Positions 1 through 10,638 are shown, counted from the stretch's first letter. The stretch is DNA of 64,000 bases from Promethearchaeota archaeon (GCA_016840085.1 JAEOTA010000018.1:32001-96000), one strand, 5' to 3'. The notes: generated by a model from the sequence alone, not told the origin. Numbers and translations are program-made.

Positions 1-1
1 A

Positions 2-415
2 AGGCATGATTTTGTTAATTTTTCAAAAAAAGATAAAGAATTACAATTAACTGTACGAGATATGGAATCAGTTAAATTAACAATAAATAATGGTTTTTTA
101 ATTTTCCATTTTAAAAGTAGAGCATTCTTAAGGCAACAAGTTCGAAGAATGGTTAAAAAGCTTTTAGAAATAGGAGAGGGCAAGATTGAGTATGAAGATT
201 TTCTCCAATTATTTGATTCCTCTAAGTTTATTTCATATCAACCAGCTAATCCAAATGGATTGATTTTATGGGATATAATTTTTGATGAAAAAATTAAATT
301 TAATGAAGATCTAAAATCAAAAGAAAGAATGGACAGATTTTTCCGGAATAAAGAACTTTTATTTAATTTTAAAAATCAATTATTCAAAATCTTGCAACAT
401 AACAATTTTAGCTAA
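2..415 (+). CDS. truA: tRNA pseudouridine(38-40) synthase TruA, C-terminal part (5' end outside window)
   Basis: Frame is open from base 2: RHDFVNFSKK...FKSRAFLRQQVRRMV...PANPNGLILWDI, the TruA C-terminal motifs. Confidence 0.9.
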   Translation, partial: RHDFVNFSKKDKELQLTVRDMESVKLTINNGFLIFHFKSRAFLRQQVRRMVKKLLEIGEGKIEYEDFLQLFDSSKFISYQPANPNGLILWDIIFDEKIKFNEDLKSKERMDRFFRNKELLFNFKNQLFKILQHNNFS

Positions 416-1351
416 TAATGCTTGTAGTTGTATTACCTCTGTTCCACCTTGACTTAAACGGAATTCAAATTCAGCTAAAAGTTTTGTCAACCCAATTTTT
501 AATACTTCAGAAATCTCAAGATCATAAATTTCTCTATGAATGTTTTTTATGATATTTAGTCCTGAAAGCCCATAATCATTAATTAAATCATTTAAAAGCT
601 TTATTGATAGTTGTAACTGGCTTTTTAAGGCAGCATCTAAAATTTCTTTTATTTTTTCTGGAGGAACTTCTCCAGCAACGCGAAAGACGAGTTCCTCATC
701 TATTTTTTTGGAAATTGTTCCACATGATTGCAAATAATTAATTGCTCTTCTACAATCTCCCCTAGCAACTTCAACCAAAGCGTTTAAGCCACCATTGGTT
801 GGTGATATTGATTCTATTTGAGCTATATATTTTATTCTTTTTTTTATATCTTCATTATTTAAGCTAGAGAATCTAAATACAACACATCTAGACTGAATAG
901 GAGGAATAATCTTATTTGAATAGTTACATATCAATATCATTCGACAATTCCTTGTATATTTTTCCATAGTTCTCCTTAATGCTTGTTGCGCTGGAGCTGT
1001 CATATTATCAGCTTCATCTAAAATTAATATTTTAAATGGAATATCTATTGGTGGTCTTGCTTTTGCAAAATCTTTAATATATGTTCTAATTACGTCAATT
1101 CCTCTAGCATCACTGGCATTTAGTTCTAAATATGTTCTATTCACTGCCATTTTTCTCCCATATAATTCTCGGACCATTGCTAATGCCGATGTGGTTTTTC
1201 CTGTTCCAGCAGGACCTGCAAAAATAAGATGGGGCATAGATTTATCTTTTATAAATTGCTTTAAACGCTTGATAATACCTTCCTGATTGACAATATCATC
1301 TAAATGCCTTGGCCGATATTTTTCTACGAAAGGCCTATTCTCAACTGACAT
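380..1351 (-). CDS. rfcS: Replication factor C small subunit
   Basis: PFVEKYRP, Walker A GPAGTGKT, ELNASDARGIDVIR, LDEAD, SRC motif. Confidence 0.97.
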   Translation of the reverse strand: MSVENRPFVEKYRPRHLDDIVNQEGIIKRLKQFIKDKSMPHLIFAGPAGTGKTTSALAMVRELYGRKMAVNRTYLELNASDARGIDVIRTYIKDFAKARPPIDIPFKILILDEADNMTAPAQQALRRTMEKYTRNCRMILICNYSNKIIPPIQSRCVVFRFSSLNNEDIKKRIKYIAQIESISPTNGGLNALVEVARGDCRRAINYLQSCGTISKKIDEELVFRVAGEVPPEKIKEILDAALKSQLQLSIKLLNDLINDYGLSGLNIIKNIHREIYDLEISEVLKIGLTKLLAEFEFRLSQGGTEVIQLQALLAKIVMLQDFE

Positions 1352-1455
1352 TTTTATTTAAGAACGAAATTTAAATTTTTTAGTATTATATATATTAAGA
1401 ATTAAATTTTCTTAATTCTTTATTAATATTCATATCCATAAAAAAAAACTAAAAG

Positions 1456-2769
1456 ATGTTTATGACTGATTTCAAAATAACGAAAATAAAATCACGTTGG
1501 ATTTTAGATTCACGAGGGAATCCTACGGTAGAAACCGATGTATTTGCTGATAATATCTATTCAAGGGCAGCAGTTCCATCTGGTGCTTCAACTGGTGTAT
1601 TGGAAGCACTTGAACTCAGAGATGGTGGAAAAGAATTTTCAGGTAAACATGTGTTAAAAGCGATTTCAAATGTAAATGATATTATTGGAAGAAAATTAAT
1701 TGGTTTTGATGTAAGAGAACAAAATAAAATTGATGAAGAAATGATATCTCTTGATGGGACTGACAATAAAAGTAAATTAGGTGCTAATGCAGTATTATCA
1801 GTATCCTTAGCAGTCGCAAAATTAGCAGCAAAGTTATCAGAAACACCTTTGTTTGCATATCTTCATAGCTTAGCTTATAATAATACAAGACAAGATTTTT
1901 TACTACCTTTACCGTGCTGTAATATTATAAATGGAGGAGAACATGCTGGTAATAATTTAGCAATACAGGAATTCATGGTATTGCCTATAGGTGCTGCATC
2001 TTTCTCTCAAGCAATACAAAATGCTGCTGAAGTATATCATACATTAAAAAAGTTATTAGCGAAAAAGTATGGATCTTCTGCAATAAATATTGGTGATGAA
2101 GGAGGTTTTGCTCCAAACCTTTCCTTAACATCAGAAGCAGTTGATATAATAATTGAAGCAATAGAATCTGCTGGATTCTTAGTAGGTGCTGATTTTGTCT
2201 TAGGAATGGATGCTGCTGCGAGTGAATTTTATGAAGATGGAGTATATAATATAGATGGGAAGAAATTAAACGAAGAAGAGTTATTAGAATATTATCTGGA
2301 TTTAATTCATGATTATCCCTTTAAATCAATCGAAGATCCTTTTGATGAACAGGATTTTAGAAATTTCTCAAATATTACCGCAAAAGTCGATAAATCTATC
2401 CAAATTGTTGATGACGATCTTACAGTAACCAATATTAAAATTCTTGAAAGAGCTATCAAAGAAAAAGCTGGAAATGCATTATTACTTAAAGTTAATCAAA
2501 TAGGTTCATTAACTGAAGCAATTGAAGCTGCAAAATTAGCTTTTAAAAATGGCTTTAATGTTATGGTCTCACATCGCTCTGGAGAAACTGAAGATACTTT
2601 TATTGCAGATTTAGCAGTTGGTCTTTGTACGGGACAATTAAAGACAGGTGCCACAGCAAGATCTGATCGGAATTGTAAATATAACCAGCTATTAAGAATC
2701 GAAGAACTTTTAGGAGATGATGCAAAATATCCTAAGAATCTAGATTCTTGGAAACAATTTCAATACTAA
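1456..2769 (+). CDS. eno: Enolase
   Basis: [44 protein letters not shown]. Confidence 0.98.
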   Translation: MFMTDFKITKIKSRWILDSRGNPTVETDVFADNIYSRAAVPSGASTGVLEALELRDGGKEFSGKHVLKAISNVNDIIGRKLIGFDVREQNKIDEEMISLDGTDNKSKLGANAVLSVSLAVAKLAAKLSETPLFAYLHSLAYNNTRQDFLLPLPCCNIINGGEHAGNNLAIQEFMVLPIGAASFSQAIQNAAEVYHTLKKLLAKKYGSSAINIGDEGGFAPNLSLTSEAVDIIIEAIESAGFLVGADFVLGMDAAASEFYEDGVYNIDGKKLNEEELLEYYLDLIHDYPFKSIEDPFDEQDFRNFSNITAKVDKSIQIVDDDLTVTNIKILERAIKEKAGNALLLKVNQIGSLTEAIEAAKLAFKNGFNVMVSHRSGETEDTFIADLAVGLCTGQLKTGATARSDRNCKYNQLLRIEELLGDDAKYPKNLDSWKQFQY

Positions 2770-2784
2770 TTCATTAGCTCATTA

Positions 2785-3444
2785 TCATGTGTTCTCTGTT
2801 GTATTTTTGATAAATCTATATACATCTACATCAATTTTTTTTGTTTTTTTAGTATGAAAGGGAAAAGATTTCTCTAAAATCATATTATATGGAAGTATAT
2901 TATCAATTTTCCATTTAAATCTATTAACATAATTAGTAATAAAATTTTGAATCTTTTCACCAGCTAAATGAATAGAATAAACCACGTCTGAAAATGTAAA
3001 AGCCGCCTCTAAAAAAGCTCTATCAGCCGATCTAGTTTTTACACCAAAAGGTGGATTCATGATAGTGGTAATTCTTATGTTCTTAGGAAGGTTTTTATTT
3101 GAAATTTGAAAATATTTGATATCAGAACATATTGGGAAGATTAAATGATCTAAATCAAGTGATCTCACATTTCTTTTAAGAATTTTCAATGCTTCTCGGT
3201 CGATGTCAACACTTAGGATAAAAGCCGCCTCTAAAAAAGCACTAGCTAAAGATAACCTGCCAGTTCCAGCTCCTAAATCAACAACTATAGCATTGCAAAT
3301 ATCATTAAATTCAAAACCAGCAAAATAGATAATATCAACAGCACATTTCGCATCAATGCAATATTGTTCTAATTCGATATTAGGATTTTTAAACGTTTCG
3401 GTGTTTTGTATTATAGAAATCAATTTCTTTTTGCTAAAATTCAT
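2785..3444 (-). CDS. METTL5-family N6-adenine RNA methyltransferase
   Basis: PNIELEQY, DLGAGTGRL SAM motif, NPPFG catalytic motif, FPFH C-terminal motif. Confidence 0.9.
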   Translation of the reverse strand: MNFSKKKLISIIQNTETFKNPNIELEQYCIDAKCAVDIIYFAGFEFNDICNAIVVDLGAGTGRLSLASAFLEAAFILSVDIDREALKILKRNVRSLDLDHLIFPICSDIKYFQISNKNLPKNIRITTIMNPPFGVKTRSADRAFLEAAFTFSDVVYSIHLAGEKIQNFITNYVNRFKWKIDNILPYNMILEKSFPFHTKKTKKIDVDVYRFIKNTTENT

Positions 3445-3558
3445 CCGAAAAAATGTTTTCTCTTTTAAAATTAATACATTAAATTTAATTATTTTATTTA
3501 ATAATATGTACTTAAATTAGAAAGAGATTGAGAAATTAAAAGATTATTGTTGATATTT

Positions 3559-4158
3559 ATGAGTAAGAAATCTAAAGAAAATGATGATATTATATTAACT
3601 GGTCAGTATCTTGGTGTTGTCGAAGAATATCTCCCTGATAAACAATCCACATATATCAGAGATGGGCAAATTTATGCAACTAAATCTGGTTTGATTACCC
3701 TTGATAATAAAAAAAAACAAATTGAAATTAAAACACATCAAGAAAAAGACAGAAAGATTGTTAAAATTGGAGATATTGTCATTGGTACTGTATTATTTTT
3801 ACGACAATACTCTATTGGAATAAATTTCTATACAATAAATCGAAAAATACATTTTAATTCATATTATTTTGGAAATATTCATGTATCTCAAATTGCTGAT
3901 AGATATGTAGAAAAAATCAGTGAAGCATTCCAGATAACAGATATACTCCGCGCTCGTGTAATAAAACAAAAATATAATGAGTTTGAATTAACAACAGCTG
4001 ATAAAAATCTAGGGGTTATTTATGCTGATTGTGTAATTTGTGGAACGCCTCTCGACAAAATCGGATATAATAAATTAAGATGCCAAAGATGTGGAAACCA
4101 AGAATCTAGAAAGTTATCTTCTGATTATAGGAATATTTCTGAGGTTTTAAGATTTTAA
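3559..4158 (+). CDS. csl4: Exosome RNA-binding subunit Csl4
   Basis: GQYLGVVEEY N-terminal domain, S1 domain (IHVSQI), C-terminal Zn ribbon CVIC..CQRC..ESRKLS; ATG at 3559 preferred. Confidence 0.92.
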   Translation: MSKKSKENDDIILTGQYLGVVEEYLPDKQSTYIRDGQIYATKSGLITLDNKKKQIEIKTHQEKDRKIVKIGDIVIGTVLFLRQYSIGINFYTINRKIHFNSYYFGNIHVSQIADRYVEKISEAFQITDILRARVIKQKYNEFELTTADKNLGVIYADCVICGTPLDKIGYNKLRCQRCGNQESRKLSSDYRNISEVLRF

Positions 4159-4234
4159 CAATTTTTTTCAAATAAATAAATATTTAATAAATATTAATTA
4201 CATTCAAAAAATTATTGTATAACGGGATTTAAAT

Positions 4235-4453
4235 TTGAAGAAACACGGGAAAAGAGTTATTCATTTTTATAATACTAAAGGTTCAATTGATAATGTAATT
4301 AATTTTCTCGAAAATATTCAAAAAAAGATAGATTACATTAATTTAAATGTATCTGTCGAGGGAAAAACTATAAAAGTCACTTTATTTGGTTCACGAGATC
4401 TCCAATTTCTAGCAATTGAAAGATTAAAAAATTTAGCTCAACAGTATTTATGA
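4235..4453 (+). CDS. Small hypothetical protein
   Basis: 72-aa ORF, co-oriented within the csl4-rpoL block; TTG start. Confidence 0.6.
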   Translation: MKKHGKRVIHFYNTKGSIDNVINFLENIQKKIDYINLNVSVEGKTIKVTLFGSRDLQFLAIERLKNLAQQYL

Positions 4454-4548
4454 TAATTTATTGGCTTTAACAAAAGCATAAAAAATTTATTTTATTTTAC
4501 ATATTTTTATTTAAGATTTTCAAATTTTCATAGTTAAGAGTATTAATA

Positions 4549-5043
4549 ATGGCGAAGAAAAAAGTAGTCAAACCAGAAGAAAATGAAGAGGAGGAATTAG
4601 AAGAATTAGAGGATGATTTATTCGGGGATCATGAAATTGACATTGAATATCCTAAAGTAAAAGAAGATTTATCAAGTTCTCCATCGATTGAAGAAGATGA
4701 TACAGTATCAGAAGAAGAAGAATTTGAACTAGAAGAAGAAGCTAGGTTTCCTGAGTATAAACACTTAGATTTAAGTATAAATAAAAGTGCGGGCAAAAAT
4801 GATTATGAATTGTCAATAGAAGGCCAATCTCACGGTTTCTGTAACATCCTTGTTAATCATTTGCTAAATATAGAGGGCGTTAAAGTTGCAGCTTATAAGG
4901 TAACAAAAATAGAACCCTCAAAATTATTTATTCGTCTAGAAGACTCAAAAAAATTTAAAATTAAGGATATTTTGCTTAAAGCTATTGAATCTTTAAGGGC
5001 AGAAGTTCTAGATGTTCAAAAGCTCTTCCAAAAGCTTATTTAA
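4549..5043 (+). CDS. rpoL: RNA polymerase subunit L (Rpo11) with long acidic N-terminal extension
   Basis: IEGQSHGFCNILVNHLLNIEGVKVAAY matches the RpoL/Rpb11 motif; located next to csl4 as in other archaea. Confidence 0.85.
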   Translation: MAKKKVVKPEENEEEELEELEDDLFGDHEIDIEYPKVKEDLSSSPSIEEDDTVSEEEEFELEEEARFPEYKHLDLSINKSAGKNDYELSIEGQSHGFCNILVNHLLNIEGVKVAAYKVTKIEPSKLFIRLEDSKKFKIKDILLKAIESLRAEVLDVQKLFQKLI

Positions 5044-5100
5044 ATCATGATTCTCATTATATATGAAAATTTATAAGAACTTAAAATTCATCTTATAATA

Positions 5101-5553
5101 ATGGATTATGAGTTTTTAATTAAGGATATAAATCTTAATAGATCTCAAAAAAAAATTGGGACGGATAAAGGTTTAGCTAAAATTGGAGATGGAATTGTAA
5201 ATCTTACATATAGTATTGCTAAATCAGTATTTTTGACTAAAAACAGCTCAAATGAAAAGATTGTAAGAACAGGTGTTAAAGTTAACAAAAAAATATTAGC
5301 AAATGCATTAAAAAATGCTAATATGAAAAATTTTGCAAAAACTAGAGCTGATGCACATGATCTCGCTGATACTACCGAAGCTTTAGTTGCTTATGTATGG
5401 CTTAGTAACCACATATCTTTATATGAACTTATTGATTTCTTATCCAGTAGTTTATCGGGAGATCTTACTCTTAGAAATGAGGAAATAGAAAGTGCTACAG
5501 AAGCTTTTACTAATCTACTTAATTATATTAAGCAATTTCTACCAGAGAGCTAA
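5101..5553 (+). CDS. Archaeal ribonuclease III-domain protein
   Basis: DKGLAKIGDGIVNLTYS and ADTTEALVAYVW RNase III-like signatures. Confidence 0.8.
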   Translation: MDYEFLIKDINLNRSQKKIGTDKGLAKIGDGIVNLTYSIAKSVFLTKNSSNEKIVRTGVKVNKKILANALKNANMKNFAKTRADAHDLADTTEALVAYVWLSNHISLYELIDFLSSSLSGDLTLRNEEIESATEAFTNLLNYIKQFLPES

Positions 5554-5556
5554 AAT

Positions 5557-6117
5557 ATGAAAAATAACCCCATTACTATTGGATTTGATGATGCGACCTT
5601 CGAATTGCACTCAGAGAAAAAATACACTCAATTAATTGGGGTTATCTGTCAAGGAACACGTATGGTACGTGTTATACGAGAAAAAATCATGATTGACGGG
5701 TATGATGCTACTGAAAAATTAATACATCTGGTTAAACAAAATGTAAAGCATATACAATATGTTATCACCCATACCATAACTTTTGGTGGTTTTAATCTTA
5801 TTAATCTAAATGAAATTTATTCGGAGACACAAAAACCCATTATTGCTCTAACAGAAAAAGAAGTGGATTTTGATGCTGTAAAAAAAGCTCTGCAGAATAA
5901 GTTTCCAGATACTTATAAAAGTAAGTTGAATAATATTATTGATGCTGGAAATTTGTATGAAACAGAAATTGAAACAGCAGGGGGGATCTCAAAATTATAT
6001 TTTCATCGTAAAGGTATATCAATTGAGGAAGTAGAGTCTCTTTTAAAAAAAGTCTGTATTGATTCCAAACTACCAGAATCGGTGAGAATGGCCCATTTAA
6101 TAGGGAAAATATTTTAA
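5557..6117 (+). CDS. DUF99 family (endonuclease V-like / endonuclease dU) protein
   Basis: IGFDDA, IDGYDATE, ITFGGFNLI, KLPESVRMAHLIG. Confidence 0.88.
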   Translation: MKNNPITIGFDDATFELHSEKKYTQLIGVICQGTRMVRVIREKIMIDGYDATEKLIHLVKQNVKHIQYVITHTITFGGFNLINLNEIYSETQKPIIALTEKEVDFDAVKKALQNKFPDTYKSKLNNIIDAGNLYETEIETAGGISKLYFHRKGISIEEVESLLKKVCIDSKLPESVRMAHLIGKIF

Positions 6118-6133
6118 AATAATAAGATTCTTT

Positions 6134-6607
6134 TTAATCTGTATCTATTTCGTATTCTAGTATTTTTTGTATTCTGTCTCTTAAATCTAACCTTATTGCC
6201 GACATCCCATAAGTACGAATTCCTAATTCTTTTTGAACTTGTTTAGCACTTAACACATCCGGAAGATCTTGTTTATTCGCTATGGCAATAATTTTAGAGT
6301 TTAAATAATGCGAAAATTTATCACATATCTCTTTTGTCTTCTCAACATTATCTTCGGTAGAATCACATACTACAACAGCTAAACCAGCCCCTCTTAAAAA
6401 ATCTGACCACATAAACCTATATCTCTCTTGCCCCCCAAAGTCCCAAATATTAACTTTCCTCCCGTTAAGGGCCGAATCCTCAATTTCTAATCCCACTGTT
6501 GGATTTTTTTCTTTTTTTACTTCTCGACCTTGAAGCAAGGATACCAATGACGATTTGCCGACCCCAGAAACCCCTAAAAGGCAAATTTTTTGTTTTGTTG
6601 TATAAAC
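6134..6607 (-). CDS. Arf-like small GTPase; true start lies upstream of the ORF-track start and is non-canonical (GTT at 6607 proposed)
   Basis: In-frame upstream extension KICLLGVSGVGKSS supplies the P-loop; NPTVG, WDFGGQ, NKQD, SA motifs; in-frame TGA at 6616-6614 bounds the frame. Confidence 0.85.
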   Translation of the reverse strand, partial: VYTTKQKICLLGVSGVGKSSLVSLLQGREVKKEKNPTVGLEIEDSALNGRKVNIWDFGGQERYRFMWSDFLRGAGLAVVVCDSTEDNVEKTKEICDKFSHYLNSKIIAIANKQDLPDVLSAKQVQKELGIRTYGMSAIRLDLRDRIQKILEYEIDTD

Positions 6608-6861
6608 TTTATGTCAACCCTTTCTAATGCTAAATTACGTTAATTAGAAAAGGCAAAAATATGTTCAAAAATTAAAATAATATTGACATGACATGGGAAT
6701 TTTATAAGTAAAATTCTAATAAATCAAATCTACTAATGGTATCGAGAAAAAATCCGCCCATATATTTCTCATATAGTCGTATAATATTTAAAAAGGAGAT
6801 CAAAAAATAAATTTTAAATATAATTGTAATCAAAAGAAAAAAATCAAAAAATAAAAACTAT

Positions 6862-8160
6862 TTAAGCCCCAGTTTCAATGTCTTTAACAATACCAACGGC
6901 CACGGTTCTTCCCATGTCCCGTACTGCAAAACGACCCATTTCTGGAATCTCTTCGTACTTTTCAAGACACATTTTCTTAATTGGTTGTAACTCAACTATT
7001 GCAGCTTCATTTCTCTTAAGAAACTTTGGATTATCTTCAATCACAGCACTAGTCTTTTGATCTAATTTTTTAGATAAAGCAGTAAATTTTGCAGCGATTT
7101 GAGCTGTGTGCGCATGAATTACAGGTGTATATCCTTGGGCTATTACTGTTGGATGCCAAATAACTATTATCTGACCTGTCCATTTTCCTTTTGGTGTAAT
7201 AACGGTTGGTGGATTTTTAGGATGCCCTAAACAATCACCACGCCCTGCATCTTGCAACGTGATACCTCTAATAGCAAAACCTATATTATCTCCCGGCACT
7301 GCTTGAGGAATCTCTTCATGATGCATTTCAATACTTCGGATTTCTCCTGTAAAACCAGTTGGCATTATGATGACTTGGTCGCCTTTCTTTAGCACTCCAG
7401 TTTCAACTCTACCAACAGGTACAACTCCAGTACCTTTTATCCTATAGGAATCTTGAATTGGTAATCTCAGTGGCTTATCAAGAGGTTTTTCAGGAACAAC
7501 GAACTTATCAATTGCATCAATTAATGTGGGACCATCATACCAAGGCGTTTTATCACTTTTCTTTGATAAGTTCTCCATTGCCATTCCACTCGTTGGCACA
7601 AAGGGCACATCTTTTAGCTTGAAACCGATATTTCTTAAGAGATCTCCAACTGACTCTTTGCATTCATTAAACCTATCCTCAGAGTAATCGTAAATATCAG
7701 CTTTATTCACAGCTACAACTATTTGTTTTACACCTAATGTTTGTGCTAAATATGCATGCTCTCGAGTTTGTCCATTGGCAGCAATTCCAACTTCCATTTC
7801 ACCTTTCTTACCAGAAACGACGAGAATAGCAGCATCAGCTTGAGACGCGCCAGTAATCATGTTCTTGACGAAGTCTGCGTGGCCTGGTGCATCAATAATG
7901 GTAAAATACCTATTTGGCGTTTCAAATTTTCTAAATGCGAGATCAATTGTAATCCCACGTTGTCTTTCTTCTTTTAATTTATCAAAGACGAAAGCATAAG
8001 ACCATGACTCTCTGTCGTATTCTTTAGCGAGTTTCTCTAACTCTCGAGCCTCTCTATCTGTTACTGCTCCTGTCTCAATGAGGAGCGCCCCCATCATGGT
8101 ACTCTTTCCGTGGTCAATGTGTCCAATAATTACCAAATTTAAATGGTCTTTTTCGGCCAT
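6862..8160 (-). CDS. tuf: Translation elongation factor EF-1alpha
   Basis: GHIDHGKST, RGITIDL, DAPGH, NKAD, GRFAVRDMGRTVAVG. Confidence 0.98.
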   Translation of the reverse strand: MAEKDHLNLVIIGHIDHGKSTMMGALLIETGAVTDREARELEKLAKEYDRESWSYAFVFDKLKEERQRGITIDLAFRKFETPNRYFTIIDAPGHADFVKNMITGASQADAAILVVSGKKGEMEVGIAANGQTREHAYLAQTLGVKQIVVAVNKADIYDYSEDRFNECKESVGDLLRNIGFKLKDVPFVPTSGMAMENLSKKSDKTPWYDGPTLIDAIDKFVVPEKPLDKPLRLPIQDSYRIKGTGVVPVGRVETGVLKKGDQVIIMPTGFTGEIRSIEMHHEEIPQAVPGDNIGFAIRGITLQDAGRGDCLGHPKNPPTVITPKGKWTGQIIVIWHPTVIAQGYTPVIHAHTAQIAAKFTALSKKLDQKTSAVIEDNPKFLKRNEAAIVELQPIKKMCLEKYEEIPEMGRFAVRDMGRTVAVGIVKDIETGA

Positions 8161-8401
8161 TTTCATCAATTTCTTTAATTTATTTTGAATAAAATTTTCT
8201 AATTTTTAATTATCAAATAAAATTATTTTTATTAGATGTTAATTTTAAATGTTGATGAGTTTATATTTTTTACTATAATTTATGGTGAATTTTTAGAGTT
8301 ATAGGTATTGACCTATATATTTAATATTATAATACTTTCTATTGGTTAAACCAAAAGAATTTTGGGTAGCTCTTTTTTCGAGTTTTTAATGTTATTACAT
8401 T

Positions 8402-8830
8402 TTAACTTTTTATATCGTACAACAGCTCTTGTTTATTTCTTCTTATTAATTGGAAGATTTGGTTAAGTTCTTCTTTAAAATTTACGTCTTTTCCTTCTGA
8501 ATCTGTAATACTAAATGGAATTTTATCTTCTAGAAATTTTTCAAACACAAGCTCAATATCATTAATATCGACGTAAGTCTCTTTAAAGAAATCTAATAAA
8601 TGATGTAAAAATAGAGCTTTAATATAATTATTATTTCTCTTACCTTTTCCATAAAAAAATTTTAATTGCTTAAAGATTAAATTATCATTATTTTCCTCGG
8701 CTTTAATATCTTTTTCTTCATTAAACATCCAATTAAATCCATAATCTACTGCTCTATTAACTAAATTAGCAATATCTTCTGAGATCCCTGCTTTTTTGGC
8801 CCATTTATTATGAATAAACCAATTTGGAAT
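8402..8830 (-). CDS. Hypothetical protein; N-terminus extends to a proposed ATT start (MPNWFIHNKWAKKAGI...)
   Basis: Frame stays open 34 codons upstream of ATG 8728 with a conserved-looking PxWxxHxKWA..GI segment; HHLLD motif downstream; in-frame TGA at 8842-8840 lies within an AAGTGA SD-like motif. Confidence 0.7.
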   Translation of the reverse strand: MPNWFIHNKWAKKAGISEDIANLVNRAVDYGFNWMFNEEKDIKAEENNDNLIFKQLKFFYGKGKRNNNYIKALFLHHLLDFFKETYVDINDIELVFEKFLEDKIPFSITDSEGKDVNFKEELNQIFQLIRRNKQELLYDIKS

Positions 8831-8955
8831 TTTACGAAATCACTTTAAATATATTTTCTTAGTTAAAAAGATAGTAAAAATAAAAAATTATAGATCTTTA
8901 ATTAAACAAAGGATTCGAAAAAAGAATTAAAATTCACAATAGATTAATTATTATT

Positions 8956-9777
8956 ATGGTCAAAACTAAAACAAAATTACCCAAGGAAGGAGAATTTGTA
9001 GTTGCTAAGGTAACTGAAATTCAAAATCAATATGTTTATGTAGATTTAATAGATTTTGAAGGTTTAGAATCTGAGGAATGTGCTAGAGGGATGATACACA
9101 TATCAGAAATTAGTTCTAGATGGATTAAGAATATCCGAAACTATGTTAGAATTGGACAAAGAATTGTATTACGAGTATTAAGAGTAGATCCTTCCAAAGG
9201 CCATGTAGATTTATCATTAAGAAGAGTAAATTCTGCACAGAGAGAAAACCGATTAAAGGAATGGAAGTATGCTGTGAAATACGAAATGCTCTTACAGTTT
9301 TTAACAGAAACAGAAGCCGTTAACATGACACTTGATGAAGCATATAATTTAATTGGATTTCCTATATTGGAATATTTTGATTCATATCAAGAAGCTATTG
9401 AAAGTTTAAAAGAAGCAGGAGAAGAAATTTTAAGTAATTTAAAAGATCTATCAGATCAGGTTAAATCAGCATTTTTAAAAATTGTAGATGAAAATGTAGA
9501 GATTTCCACAGTTAGTATTTCAGGAAAAGTGAAATTATCATTTAATGCAGAAAACGGGATAGATTATATTAAAGAATCATTATTAGAAGCTTTAAAAGTT
9601 ATTGAACCAAAAAAAACTCGCAATATTAACATAAATTATATAGCTGCTCCATTTTATAGATTAGAGATTGTATCTAAGGATTATTTGGATGCTGAAAATA
9701 TCTTATCAGATGCATTAGAAATTATTGAGCAAAAAACGGATGAATATAACGGTACTTGTGAGTTTATAAGGGAGTAG
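8956..9777 (+). CDS. eif2a: Translation initiation factor aIF2 alpha subunit
   Basis: LPKEGEFVVAKV S1 domain, IHISEISSRWIKNIR, KGHVDLSLRRV, YIAAPFYR. Confidence 0.96.
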   Translation: MVKTKTKLPKEGEFVVAKVTEIQNQYVYVDLIDFEGLESEECARGMIHISEISSRWIKNIRNYVRIGQRIVLRVLRVDPSKGHVDLSLRRVNSAQRENRLKEWKYAVKYEMLLQFLTETEAVNMTLDEAYNLIGFPILEYFDSYQEAIESLKEAGEEILSNLKDLSDQVKSAFLKIVDENVEISTVSISGKVKLSFNAENGIDYIKESLLEALKVIEPKKTRNININYIAAPFYRLEIVSKDYLDAENILSDALEIIEQKTDEYNGTCEFIRE

Positions 9778-9781
9778 AAAA

Positions 9782-9967
9782 ATGCCTAAATACCTCATGA
9801 AGTGTAAGGAATGTAATCGATACGGATTACTGAATTCTAAATCAAAATGTCGTTATTGTGGAGGACAATTAATAAATCCAAGACCTCCTAAATTTTCTTT
9901 AACAGATAAGTACGGTAAGTATCGTTTACAATACTTTAAGGAGGAATTTGATAAAAAATTTGAGTAA
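9782..9967 (+). CDS. nop10: H/ACA RNP protein Nop10
   Basis: CKEC...CRYCG Zn ribbon, PPKFSLTDKYGKYR; follows aIF2alpha. Confidence 0.93.
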   Translation: MPKYLMKCKECNRYGLLNSKSKCRYCGGQLINPRPPKFSLTDKYGKYRLQYFKEEFDKKFE

Positions 9968-9969
9968 AT

Positions 9970-10638
9970 TTAAGACAGCTCTATTTTTTCAGCAAACTTT
10001 TCATTCACAAGGATTATAGCATTCTGATAAGGAAGACATGCGATATCTTCTTCCGCAAAAGGTCCATAATTTAAAAGATCAATACCAACTAAAGGGGGAG
10101 TTTCCTTTAGAAATCGTACCACTATATATTCAATTTCGTCTTTTTTTTCTAAAATAAATTTATCTGAAATAACAGAAACATCTTCCTTGATAGATAAAGT
10201 AGCATTTTCGACCTTAATTTTCTCATCAGATTTAGTTTCTAATGGTTTTAAATCTTCTGAACTATCAATTTCCCCATAAATTGCGCCAGCTTTTACTTTT
10301 TTATAACCTTTAATAGAACTTATTAGATTTTGATAAAGGAGTTTCTCAGGCTCTATTACATCATTCAAATCTATTTCTTTTAGCACTAAAGCACAATTTA
10401 TTATTTTTCGTTCTCGAATCTTTAAAAGATCATTAAAAAGATAGTCAATGTTAGCTTTATATGATTCAAATATCTTTTCTTTTAAATCATCCTTTTGCCC
10501 TTCTTTGTAATTATTAATAAAACTAACAAATTTTTTATAATGATTGAATAACTCTTGGTTTAATTTTGTGAGTTCTGATTGTAGAAATTCTTTAACCCAA
10601 TGTTGATAAAGGTTCTCATAATCTGTTTTTAAGTCCAT
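9970..10638 (-). CDS. GINS complex subunit (Gins15/Gins51)
   Basis: Helical A domain (R.RKII) plus C-terminal B domain VRFLKETPPLVGIDLLNYGPF; downstream of priS. Confidence 0.85.
   Translation of the reverse strand: MDLKTDYENLYQHWVKEFLQSELTKLNQELFNHYKKFVSFINNYKEGQKDDLKEKIFESYKANIDYLFNDLLKIRERKIINCALVLKEIDLNDVIEPEKLLYQNLISSIKGYKKVKAGAIYGEIDSSEDLKPLETKSDEKIKVENATLSIKEDVSVISDKFILEKKDEIEYIVVRFLKETPPLVGIDLLNYGPFAEEDIACLPYQNAIILVNEKFAEKIELS

Noticed and set aside
6697-6716. Palindrome GAATTTTA-TAAG-TAAAATTC upstream of the GTPase gene
   Set aside because: AT-only inverted repeats of this size are expected by chance here, and I found no clear second copy.
6614-8842. Selenocysteine read-through of the in-frame TGAs upstream of the Arf-like GTPase and the 8402 gene
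   Set aside because: The TGAs are part of SD-like motifs, the upstream sequence is non-coding-like, and there is no redox motif or SECIS.
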